From positions 1,190-65,189 of the forward strand of contig CAWJYH010000025.1 in assembly GCA_963847035.1 (NCBI GenBank): a stretch of DNA of 64,000 nt, given 5' to 3'. Positions 18,848-27,522 of this stretch are shown here, piece by piece (the first letter of the stretch is position 1; each line of letters starts with the position of its first letter). The translations under genes and the position numbers were made by a program. The stretch is from an uncultured delta proteobacterium (lineage in GTDB: Bacteria > Desulfobacterota > Desulfobulbia > Desulfobulbales > Desulfocapsaceae). The notes under the pieces were generated by a model, which worked only from the letters and a program-made list of their open reading frames with translations, had not been told where the DNA came from and made no database searches.

Positions 18848-19831
18848 ATGAAGATGACTTTTCTTGCGGCGGAGGGCTGTCTGGCCTCGGGAATTGCCGG
18901 CCTGGTCGACATGTTTGCCATCGCCAACATGTGGTCGGCCTATCTGTCCGGCAAGCCCGACCCTCCCTTTGCCACTGAAATCGTGAGCCAGGGGGGAAGG
19001 CCGGTTGTCAGCAGCGGCTGCATGCAGATGCTGCCGACCCGTTCACTGGCCGATGCCCCGGCCACAGACTTTGTGCTGATCCCGCCGTTCATTCCTCTGC
19101 CGGACCCGGATCACGGCGACACCGCCACCGTGCGGGACTGGATCATTGCCCACCACCGGCGGCAGACCCCTGTCGCCGCGATGTGCACGGGTGTCTTCCT
19201 GCTCGCCGAGACCGGACTGCTCGACGGCAGAATGGCCACGACCAACTGGCAGTTCGCGAGGAAATTCAGAGATCGTTTCCCCGAAGTCGATCTCCGCCCC
19301 GAGTACCTCATGACCGAGGATAACGGCCTGATCTGTACCGGTGCGGCCACCTCGTATTACAATCTCGGGCTGTGGATTATCAACCGCTATGGGTCGGCCG
19401 AACTGGCCTCGGCCTGTGCCAAGGCCCTGCTGATCGACCCGAACCGCGATAGTCAAACGCCGTATTTCATGCTGTCCCGGCAACGCGAGCATAATGACCA
19501 AGAGATGCTGCAGGCGCAGCGCTATCTTGAGCAGAATTTCTCGAAAGGCGTCGTGATCGATGAGGTTGCCCGTCATGTCCGGATCAGCCCGCGCCACTTC
19601 AAGCGACGGTTCAAACACGCCACCGGCCATGCCCCGATTCAGTACCTGCAGCTGGTGCGGATCGAGGCGGCAAAGAAGAAACTTGAAACCACGATGGAGA
19701 CCATCGACGAGATAACGCGGTACATCGGTTATGAGGACAGCAGCACCTTCCGGCGCCTGTTCAGGCAGCACACTAACCTTTCCCCTCGGGAGTACCGGGA
19801 TAAATTTTCCTGCGTGCAGGCCGTTGTATGA
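18848..19831 (+). CDS. GlxA-family transcriptional regulator (DJ-1/PfpI-like domain + AraC HTH)
   Basis: N-terminal GATase1/DJ-1-like domain with AAMCTGVFLLAETGLLDGR. C-terminal AraC-type HTH (ISPRHFKRRFK, IGYEDSSTFRRLFRQ). Divergent from the Mo-oxidoreductase. Confidence 0.9.
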   Translation: MKMTFLAAEGCLASGIAGLVDMFAIANMWSAYLSGKPDPPFATEIVSQGGRPVVSSGCMQMLPTRSLADAPATDFVLIPPFIPLPDPDHGDTATVRDWIIAHHRRQTPVAAMCTGVFLLAETGLLDGRMATTNWQFARKFRDRFPEVDLRPEYLMTEDNGLICTGAATSYYNLGLWIINRYGSAELASACAKALLIDPNRDSQTPYFMLSRQREHNDQEMLQAQRYLEQNFSKGVVIDEVARHVRISPRHFKRRFKHATGHAPIQYLQLVRIEAAKKKLETTMETIDEITRYIGYEDSSTFRRLFRQHTNLSPREYRDKFSCVQAVV

Positions 19832-20074
19832 AAATAACCGTAACGGTCGAGTGTTGATACCGGCATAAGGGGCCGTAACGAAATGGGTGAAGATGTAATG
19901 GTTATTTCGTAACGGCCCCTAAGCTCCGCCGGGTGCCGGCGCGCAGCCAGGGGGCGATGAACAAAGGCCGGTCGGGTGAACGACCGATCAAAAGAGACAA
20001 CGGATTGGAACGGCGCGAGAGCTGTCCGGTGTTCCAATCCGTGCACGTCTCAGACTCGTACCATCGACCGCGGA

Positions 20075-20971
20075 TCAGAACCGGTAGGTGAGGGTGAGAG
20101 AGGCCACCTCTCCTTCGGATCGATCCTCGGCGTCGAATTCCATGACGTATCGGAAGGTGGCATTGGTCTTCAGCGGGGCAATGTAATAATTCACTTCCGG
20201 GCCGGCGGCATAAACTTGATCACGGGAATCGGTTGCTCCCAGGCCGGAATCATCGCTGACCTGCCATTGACAGTAGCCGGCGGCCCCGATCTCCCAGAAC
20301 TGGGCCAGTTTCTTGCCGATACCCCACTCGAAATGGAAATCGTCGCCGTTGGTCATGTCGGTGTCGTCGTTCTCGCCGTGAAATTCATAGCGGGCCAGGA
20401 TCGAGGCCGACCAGGTCTTGGGCTGATCGAGATAGTAGGTGGCCCCGGCGGTGATCATCCCGGTCCAGTAATTCAACCCCGGTGAGGCCGGTTCAGTCTC
20501 GTCGTACTCGCCCACCGGCACGTAGGCCCCGGCCGATATCGCCGCATCGTAGCGTTCGCCATGCCACGACAGGCCGAATGGCTCGACGGCGATGTCACCG
20601 AGACCGAATTGATCGTCGCTGAAGACAGTCATATTTCCCATGCCGAGGCTGATATCGGTATTGACCAGGGGCACGACGACATCGACAAAATAATCGGCGC
20701 CCAGGAGCTTGTAGTTGGTGATCCAGATGAACCGGGGGACGACGGCGAACACGTCGAGATCGAAGTTGCCGAAGCCTTCGCCGTTCCGGTCCTTCAGTTC
20801 GTCGGCACTGTAGAACACGTTGTACAGCCGGAAATAGAATCCCGGCGGCGGCAGCGAGGCCGCCCGGATGCCCTCGACCCCGTTGGTGTAGTGGGTGCCG
20901 AAACCGGCCCAGGCAGTCGTGGTACAGATCGTGATGAGGACGAACAGACTTGCAGCACATACCCTTTTCAT
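20075..20971 (-). CDS. Outer-membrane beta-barrel transporter (MetA-pathway/phenol-degradation-like family)
   Basis: Signal peptide MKRVCAASLFVLITICTTTAWA. The GTHYTNGVEGIRAASLPPPGFY start is typical of this family. C-terminal ...LTLTYRF. Start at 20971 with a GGAGAGAGG RBS. Confidence 0.7.
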   Translation of the reverse strand: MKRVCAASLFVLITICTTTAWAGFGTHYTNGVEGIRAASLPPPGFYFRLYNVFYSADELKDRNGEGFGNFDLDVFAVVPRFIWITNYKLLGADYFVDVVVPLVNTDISLGMGNMTVFSDDQFGLGDIAVEPFGLSWHGERYDAAISAGAYVPVGEYDETEPASPGLNYWTGMITAGATYYLDQPKTWSASILARYEFHGENDDTDMTNGDDFHFEWGIGKKLAQFWEIGAAGYCQWQVSDDSGLGATDSRDQVYAAGPEVNYYIAPLKTNATFRYVMEFDAEDRSEGEVASLTLTYRF

Positions 20972-21560
20972 TGCCTCTCTCCTGTTGGTTGTAGAATGAA
21001 TCTTCTTTTCTTCGACGATCAGCCGCCGCTCGACGCCGCGAGAGGTGGTGGGATCGCCCGGCCGTTGCACCCGCAGTATCGGTTTGTACCTGCAGACAAT
21101 GGGCTGAAGATTACCTGATCGGGGGACTGATCCCCAACAGTTTTTCTCCCCCGGTCGTTCAATTTTTCCCCAACATTTTTCCGCATCTTGCGGGCAATGG
21201 ACGAAGCTGATCCTCTGCAGCATAAGGTTGCGGAGATATGTTCCGGCAGTTGCCTGCAAAAGCGCTGGAAGCGTATGGCCTGATGCGCCTCGGTGACTCT
21301 TTTGTCTTTCCTCGGGGTATCGATAGTGATGACGCCGCCGGCAACCGGCCTTGAAAACACTTGCCCGGGATGTTCGATCTGGTTACGATATGCTGGTTCC
21401 TGCCGGCAATCAACGTCCGACCGTTAGTGTGAAGTATTCTTCCGTTGCCATCCGGGCCGTCTCTTCACCCTCTATCGATTCCCCACTTTTTTGCCCTCCG
21501 GAAAGGTCTGTTGTCGTTGCTGCTGTGATTTATACATTCAACCTGTTGGGCGCGAGGATT

Positions 21561-22619
21561 ATGAAAAGCATCGCTCTGTTCTTTGTTGTCTTCATTTTGA
21601 CTGTCCAGACGGCCTGGGCCGGTCGGGCCAAGATCGATACCGTCTCCAGGGATCCGTATGCATCCGCCCTGGTCATTGATGCCGAGACCGGCAAGGTGCT
21701 GTTCTCCGATCATCCCGATATCCCGTTGTTCCCTGCCTCGGTAATCAAGCTGATGAACCTTCTGGTCATCCTCGAACGGATCGACCAGGGGACCCTGAAA
21801 CTGGATGAGATGGTCCAGGTTACCACGGAGGCGGCGAAGACCGGCGGATCACAGGTGTATCTCGACCCGAAGGAACGATTTACGGTCGAAGATCTCCTGT
21901 ATGCCCTGGCGGTGCAATCGGCCAACGATGCCGCCGTCGCTCTGGCCGTGCATATCGCCGGCTCCAAGGAGGGATTTGTCGCCCTGATGAATCAGAAGGC
22001 GGCGGAGCTGGGGATGAAGAACACCCACATCTACTCCGTCCATGGCCTGCCTCCGTCGGAGGGGCAACAGCCGGATGTCACGACGGCGAGCGATCTCGCC
22101 CTCCTCTGCCGGGCCCTGGCCAGCCGCCCGGATGCCCTCAAGTACACCGGCACCAGGGAACGCGGGTTTCGCGACAATACATTCATCATGCGCAATCACA
22201 ACCATCTCCTGGGGCAGGTCGATGGCTGCGACGGTTTCAAGACCGGTTATTACGAGGCCGCGGGATTTTCGATTGCGGTTACCGCCAAAAAGGGTGGGGT
22301 ACGGGTCATCGCCATTGTCATGGGAAGCAAGGATCGCAAAGTTCGCGATGCCAAGGCCATCGAATTGCTGGGTAAGGGGTTTGCGATGCTGCCGCCGAAA
22401 CCGGCCCCCGCAATCGCTGTGAGCAACCCGGCACCCCCGGCGGCGACAACGGTACAAAGCGATGCGGCTGCGCCCCCGGCCACAGTCCCCGATGCAGCGG
22501 AGAAGCCGGTCGCCTCCTCCGGCGGCGGTTGGGGGACGTTTTTCCTGGGGTTGGGGACAGGGGTTGTTCTCTTCGCCCTGCTGGCTTTTTTCCTGGTGCG
22601 CAAACGTTCCCGGAGGTGA
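21561..22619 (+). CDS. D-alanyl-D-alanine carboxypeptidase (S11, PBP5/6-like) with C-terminal membrane anchor
   Basis: SxxK (SVIKLM), SxN (SAN) and KTG (FKTGYY) motifs. Pro/Ala-rich linker and a terminal TM helix. Start at 21561 (MKSIALFF signal). Confidence 0.9.
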   Translation: MKSIALFFVVFILTVQTAWAGRAKIDTVSRDPYASALVIDAETGKVLFSDHPDIPLFPASVIKLMNLLVILERIDQGTLKLDEMVQVTTEAAKTGGSQVYLDPKERFTVEDLLYALAVQSANDAAVALAVHIAGSKEGFVALMNQKAAELGMKNTHIYSVHGLPPSEGQQPDVTTASDLALLCRALASRPDALKYTGTRERGFRDNTFIMRNHNHLLGQVDGCDGFKTGYYEAAGFSIAVTAKKGGVRVIAIVMGSKDRKVRDAKAIELLGKGFAMLPPKPAPAIAVSNPAPPAATTVQSDAAAPPATVPDAAEKPVASSGGGWGTFFLGLGTGVVLFALLAFFLVRKRSRR

Positions 22620-22634
22620 GATTGGCCGCCTCTT

Positions 22635-23978
22635 TTACCCTTCCTTCAGGGCCATGCGGGCGGCGATGACGATCGGATCCCACACCCCGGCAAAGGGCGG
22701 GGCATAGCTCAGATCGAGATAGAGCATCTCCTCCAGCGAAAAACCGGCATGGAGCGCGGTAGCCGCCGTATCGATGCGTTTGGCCGATCCCGGGCCGCCG
22801 ACGATCTGGACTCCCAACAGGCGGGCTGAACCCTTCTCCGCCAGCACCTTGACGCTGATCGGGGCCGAGCCCGGGTAATAGCGGGGCAGAGTGTGGGCCT
22901 CGATCAGACCGGTCGAGTACTCCATCCCCAGTGCCTTGATCTCCCTTTCGTTCAGCCCGGTCCGGGCGCACTCGGTGTCCATGAATTTCGTGATTGCGGT
23001 CCCGACCACGCCGGGAAAGGCGGCGGGCCGGCCCCCCAGATTCATGCCGGCTATCCGCCCCTGTTTGTTGGCGACGGTGCCCAAGGCGATATGTACCGGG
23101 CGGCGGCTGACCAGGTGGTAGGACTGGGCGCAATCACCCGCGGCCCAGATATTGGCCGTCTCGGTCTGCTGCATCGCGTTGACCTCGATGCTGTCCTTTG
23201 GGCCGAGCGGGATGCCGGCATCCTTCGCCAGGTCACTGTTGGGCGTGACTCCCAGCCCGAGGATGATCAGGTCGGCGGGGATGGTCTGCTTGTCGGTGAT
23301 GACGGCGACGGCCAGCCCATCCTTGTGGTCAAAGCCCTGCACCGTCTCGTTGACCCGGAGATCGATGCCGTTGTGAAGCAATGCCCGGTTGAGGAGTTGA
23401 CCCATCTCCGGATCGAGGGTCGACATCACCTGGGCGCTGCGCTGGACCATGGTGACGTTCAGGCCGCGCATGTGCAGGGCTTCGGCCATCTCCAGACCGA
23501 GATAGCCGCCGCCGATGATGACCGCCGACCGCGGCTGTTGCTCGGCCAGCGCCCGTTTGAGCAGCGAACCGTTGACGAGGTTGTGGACGTCGTAGATATT
23601 GCGGCTGTCGATGCCTTCGAGCGGAGGTCGGAACGGTCTGGCCCCGGTGGCGAGGAGCAGTTGATCGTAGTGTTGCCAGCGTTCGGACGAAGAGGTCAGG
23701 TCCGTTACCAGAACCCGTTGCCTGTGCGGATCGACGACCGTGACCTCGTGCCTGGTCTGGACGTTGATGTTGTGTTTTTCCCGGAACGATTGCGGTGTTC
23801 TGGCGATCAGCGCCTCTTCCCTGTCGACCAGACCGGCGACATAGTAGGGAATGCCTCAGGCTGAAAACGAGGTGTGCGGCCCGCGTTCAAAAACCGTGAT
23901 GGCGGCCGCCGGCTGCAGCCGGCGAACCAGCGAAGCGGCGGTCATGCCGGCGGCATCACCGCCGATGACGATCAGCAT
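22635..23978 (-). CDS. Pyridine-nucleotide-disulfide oxidoreductase of the CoA-disulfide reductase/NADH oxidase family, with in-frame UGA (Sec) at the catalytic Cys position
   Basis: ATG at 23978 (AAGGAG upstream). Reads MLIVIGGDAAGMTAA...FERGPHTSFSA[TGA]GIPYYVAGLV..., then 1344 nt in a single frame into the tracked 284-aa ORF. The only internal stop is the TGA at 23856-23858 (codon 41), aligned to Cys43 of CoADR (SFANCALPY). Confidence 0.8.
23819..23849 (-). promoter_or_regulatory. Candidate bacterial SECIS hairpin
   Basis: 15 nt after the UGA: GUCGCC-GGUCU-GG(U)CGAC (23823-23840), with a GU-containing apical loop and a bulged U, extended by CCCU/AGGG. The position of GGUCUG relative to the UGA is within one codon of E. 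coli fdhF as I recall it. Confidence 0.55.
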
Positions 23979-24054
23979 GGTATCTCCTTACTCCCCGGGT
24001 GGTGGCGATGCGGCAATCGGCTGGCCGAGCCCGGCGTCCCGGCCGTAGCCCCGT

Positions 24055-24960
24055 CTATCCCCTTCTGGCGACGACGAACAGCTCCAGGCTGATGATATCA
24101 TGCACCAGGTGCATGCCGAGGCGCTCGAAATAGCGGTACGATCCATAGCTCATATCCCACAGGGTCCGGTCGAGGTCGAAGGCCGCATGGACCTTTATGC
24201 TGCCATCTATTTGTGGGGCGGCAATGGCCGGGATCCGGACGGTCCGCCTGATCCCTTTGAGCGCCAGTTCCCCGGTAGCGATCCCGCCGAGGGCAATCGG
24301 GAAGGCTTCCGATTCCTCCTCCCAGCTCCGTATCGTCAGCGTGGCGGTCGGGAAACGATCGACGGCCAGGAAATCGTCCGATTTCAAGTGGGCGATGAGC
24401 ATGTCACGGTACGCTGGGTCCTGGAGGTCGAAATTGGTCAGAGAGTGCATATCGACGATGATCTCGGCTGACCGTGGTCGCCCGGCGGCAATAACCAGGT
24501 TGCCCTCGGTGATCGCCAGCTGGCCGATATGCCGGTTGTTGAGGCTGCGTCCGATCCATTCGATGCGGCTCTGCTGGACATCGAGAAGGTAGGTGCCGTC
24601 TGCCGCTGCGGATTCGGGGAAAGCGGGTCCAGCCCCGCCCTCAACCGCCAGGCCCGCCTGGCGCCAGGCTGTAAGACCTCCGGCAAGGATCGATACCCGC
24701 GTGTAGCCGGCCAGGAGCAACCGCTCCCGGGCCACCTCGGCAGTCCTGGTCGTGCCGGTGGCGTCATAGACGATCAGATCGGTGTTCAGACCGGAAACGA
24801 GTTCAGCGATCCGGTCCAGAAAAACTATCTCGTAAATGCAGGCGTTTCCGGACCCGGCAACATGGCATGCCGCGTAGTCCTCCGGTGTCATCACGTCGAT
24901 GACCACTGCGCCCATATCCAGGTGCTGTTTCACTTCATGACATTGTATGAAGGCAGTCAT
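24055..24960 (-). CDS. Rhodanese-homology domain (active-site Cys replaced by Asp) fused to a YceI-like domain
   Basis: N-terminal rhodanese fold (VIDVMTPEDYAACHVAGSGNA ... GGLTAWRQAGL) with active-site loop LIVYDATGTTRT. C-terminal YceI-like barrel (YLLDVQQSRIEWIG..., DMLIAHLKSDDFLAVDRFPTATL). Confidence 0.8.
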   Translation of the reverse strand: MTAFIQCHEVKQHLDMGAVVIDVMTPEDYAACHVAGSGNACIYEIVFLDRIAELVSGLNTDLIVYDATGTTRTAEVARERLLLAGYTRVSILAGGLTAWRQAGLAVEGGAGPAFPESAAADGTYLLDVQQSRIEWIGRSLNNRHIGQLAITEGNLVIAAGRPRSAEIIVDMHSLTNFDLQDPAYRDMLIAHLKSDDFLAVDRFPTATLTIRSWEEESEAFPIALGGIATGELALKGIRRTVRIPAIAAPQIDGSIKVHAAFDLDRTLWDMSYGSYRYFERLGMHLVHDIISLELFVVARRG

Positions 24961-25235
24961 TGCGATATCCTCCTTCAGTGCATTTTTGAACGGGTGAGAG
25001 TCGATCTCAATAGTCGGCGGTATCTCAATGGAGATCGATCATCTCCGGTCGAGATCGGATCGTGGTCCGCCATGTATCGGGAAGTTGTTTTTTCTTTCCG
25101 TCTGACAATCAATTGTATCGTTTGCTTGTTCCCGGATATTGCCAAATATCGATGTCGGGGAAAAATACCTTATCTATTATCTCATTTCCGGGGTATGTTG
25201 TTGAAGAAATACTTTACCCCCGGAGAAAATAAAAT

Positions 25236-25415
25236 ATGCGCAGAAGAACAGTCCATCAATGGAAGGATTGGCTCCTGGAATATATCTGTGATGACCGGTA
25301 TGAACTGCTCAACCTGCATAATCGGTCGTTGCATGCGATCGTGGCAAAGAATGCCATGGATGCAGAGAATCAAAGTCGACAGATCATGATCAAACTGAAG
25401 GAAGAAGAGGTTTGA
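25236..25415 (+). CDS. Small hypothetical protein (59 aa, below the ORF-track cut-off)
   Basis: MRRRTVHQWKDWLLEYICDDRYELLNLHNRSLHAIVAKNAMDAENQSRQIMIKLKEEEV, with a GGAGA about 9 nt upstream of the ATG. No family recognised. Confidence 0.35.
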   Translation: MRRRTVHQWKDWLLEYICDDRYELLNLHNRSLHAIVAKNAMDAENQSRQIMIKLKEEEV

Positions 25416-25594
25416 TCCGCCCTGGAATGATGTTCATGCCGTTTCAGCGTTCCCACTATCGGAATTGGTCGGGGAAAGTCGTACCCTCCCGAGAACGTCG
25501 ATTGTCGTAATCCAGCTCTTGATTTTCGAATTGTCACGCCGTGGTTTTTTGTCGGCGCCAGCCTAACAAATAAAAATTAAATAAAGGTCTCCCA

Positions 25595-25756
25595 TTGTCA
25601 AGAACCAATTTTTCGTTTGAAAAACGCCAGAAGGAACTGGAAAGAAAGAAAAAGAAAACCGAAAAACAAGAACGGAAGCGAGAAAAAAACAAACCGCTAC
25701 CGGGGGAGAATGAGGACGGGGTCGAGGATGAGATCATTCCCGAGTCGGAGAGTTGA
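25595..25756 (+). CDS. Small Lys/Glu-rich protein (53 aa, TTG start, not in the ORF track)
   Basis: (M)SRTNFSFEKRQKELERKKKKTEKQERKREKNKPLPGENEDGVEDEIIPESES. AAAGG lies 7 nt upstream. The antisense 76-aa tracked ORF (FFFFLSSSF) looks like a shadow. Confidence 0.3.
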   Translation: MSRTNFSFEKRQKELERKKKKTEKQERKREKNKPLPGENEDGVEDEIIPESES

Positions 25757-25874
25757 CAAACCATACTCGACTCTGAGTCGTCGCCATGTATCGTATCTGG
25801 ATATACAGGCAGATGACTGCATTCAATGAAGACGTATGTCAGGTTTCATAACAAATTACTACGAGGGAGCAATA

Positions 25875-26063
25875 ATGGCGATTTTTTCCAAAGGTGAAAA
25901 TGTCAGACACAATAAAAAGGCGGAATGGGGTATCGGTAAAGTACTCGAGGTTGACAAGTGCGGGACAATCACGGTTGCGTTTGAAGGAAAAAATGAATTG
26001 TCAATTGCCAAGGGGGCGAAATATCTGTTGAAAGTAAATGGGAATGGCAAAGGAGTCAAATGA
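25875..26063 (+). CDS. Small SH3/Tudor-like protein (DUF3553-like)
   Basis: MAIFSKGENVRHNKKAEWGIGKVLEV... resembles the G..V.H..WG.G.V motif of DUF3553/PcrA-Tudor-like small proteins. GAGGGAG before the ATG at 25875. Confidence 0.45.
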   Translation: MAIFSKGENVRHNKKAEWGIGKVLEVDKCGTITVAFEGKNELSIAKGAKYLLKVNGNGKGVK

Positions 26064-26219
26064 GCGATTGCCGGATATCACCGCTGATCCTCACGGCTAT
26101 GATCGATGATGCGATCACAAACGGCAACGATTGTAGAGAGGGCAGTCGGTGGTGCGGGGCATTGTGCTGAGTGCGGCACTGCTCGAAAAAAGGTAAAATG
26201 TTAAAGTAAAGGTGATTTT

Positions 26220-26483
26220 TTGCAAACAGTAGTGAAAAAATGGTTCCGTGATAAAGACTCCGGGTTTCTCGATAATAAAGGTGGTCCCGACATTCTGGTG
26301 CGCAAGGCCGATCTTGTTGACTGTCAGTTTTTAAAGGTTGGCGTTACTGTCGAGTTTGAATGTCACATTGAAAAGCAGGTATTGGTTGCCAGGAAAGTCA
26401 GGCTGTCGAATCAGAAGAATCCCGATGGTCAAAACAATAGAAATCGTGGCCCTAAACCATTCCACTTTGGCGTTATGACCTGA
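26220..26483 (+). CDS. Divergent cold-shock-domain (CSD) protein with basic/Asn-rich tail
   Basis: VVKKWFRDKDSGFLDNKGGPDILVRKADL...GVTVEFE follows the CspA pattern G.VKWF..KGFGFI....D.FVH, but with degenerate RNP1/RNP2. TTG start after AAAGGTGA. Confidence 0.65.
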   Translation: MQTVVKKWFRDKDSGFLDNKGGPDILVRKADLVDCQFLKVGVTVEFECHIEKQVLVARKVRLSNQKNPDGQNNRNRGPKPFHFGVMT

Positions 26484-26835
26484 GGTGGATTGACTGCATG
26501 CACATGAAAAACAGGTGTCAATGCAGTCCGTTCAATATCAGGAAGAGATCTGCCGGCCGGAGATCTCCGATCAGCAAAGACCTTCCGTCGTCCCCATTGA
26601 ACATGGCGTGATCCCAGGTCGGCAAGGCTTCCGCCGGCATCAATGTCCTGCAACTCCATGTAATATCTGGCGATCTCGAAGCCAATGCAGTTCATACCGT
26701 GTCGCTTTCTGTATTTGACCCTGCCTGCGCGACGTTGCCGCTTCTGCAACCGCCGTTGAGCACTCTCCCCCGGCCTCGGCGGCTGCCGCCCGCCCTGATC
26801 CCAGACAGCGACAACACTCCGGTGGTTGTCAGCGC

Positions 26836-27225
26836 CTATCCGTAACCCAGGGCAATCAGGTCGTCTTCGTCAAAGCCCATGTAGTGGGCGATCTCGTGGA
26901 CAACGGTGATTTCGATCTCCTCGATCAGCTCTTCACGATTGCGGCAGAAGGCCTCGAGCGGCTCCTGATAGATATGAATGGTGTCCGGATAAAGGGGAGG
27001 ATCGGCCGGGCTGCGTTCGGTGAGGGGGACGCCGGTAAAAATGCCGAACAGTTCCTCGTCGGGGGCAAACCCCATTTCCGCCAGCAGTTCCCGGTCCGGG
27101 CGCGGTTGCACCGAGATCAGGATGTTGTCGAGATGACGGCGGATTTCCAAGGGAATGCGGGCAATCGCCTGTTCGACGAGGCGGTTGAATTCCCCCGGGC
27201 GCAGTTTCGGATGGCTACCAGTCAT
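26836..27225 (-). CDS. Zincin-like metallopeptidase family protein (minimal HExxH protein)
   Basis: 129 aa with the VVHEIAHYMGFDEDDL motif characteristic of this family. Confidence 0.8.
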   Translation of the reverse strand: MTGSHPKLRPGEFNRLVEQAIARIPLEIRRHLDNILISVQPRPDRELLAEMGFAPDEELFGIFTGVPLTERSPADPPLYPDTIHIYQEPLEAFCRNREELIEEIEITVVHEIAHYMGFDEDDLIALGYG

Positions 27226-27522
27226 GTTTTTTTGTAGAAAATTGGGTTGACGGCCAAGTGGGTTCCTGACTCAGATGATACCGTGGAAGGCGACACGTGA
27301 TGAGGGCGAAACCCGGAAAACGGTTCTCCCTTCCCGGGAGCATCCTCCATTGTACCCCGTTTTGCAAGACATTCCCGGCGTTCGGCACCGATATGGCGTT
27401 GTGGTGTCCCCAGGGAGTTGCAGGATGTTGCGGGGAGTTGGTTCTTCCGAGGTTTTTCGAATATTTTTGACAGGCCGCCGTTCCCCTGTCCCGGTATCCA
27501 CCTTTTGCAATGAGGCCAACCC

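Noticed and set aside
19868-19922. An imperfect long inverted repeat (AGGGGCCGTAACGAAAT ... ATTTCGTAACGGCCCCT) between the convergent AraC-type and outer-membrane genes, considered as a mobile-element end or sRNA.
   Set aside because: It is a single copy in the window, sits between convergent gene ends, and has no flanking direct repeats. It is most simply a bidirectional transcript-end hairpin. It was not listed as a feature because it lacks a U-tract.
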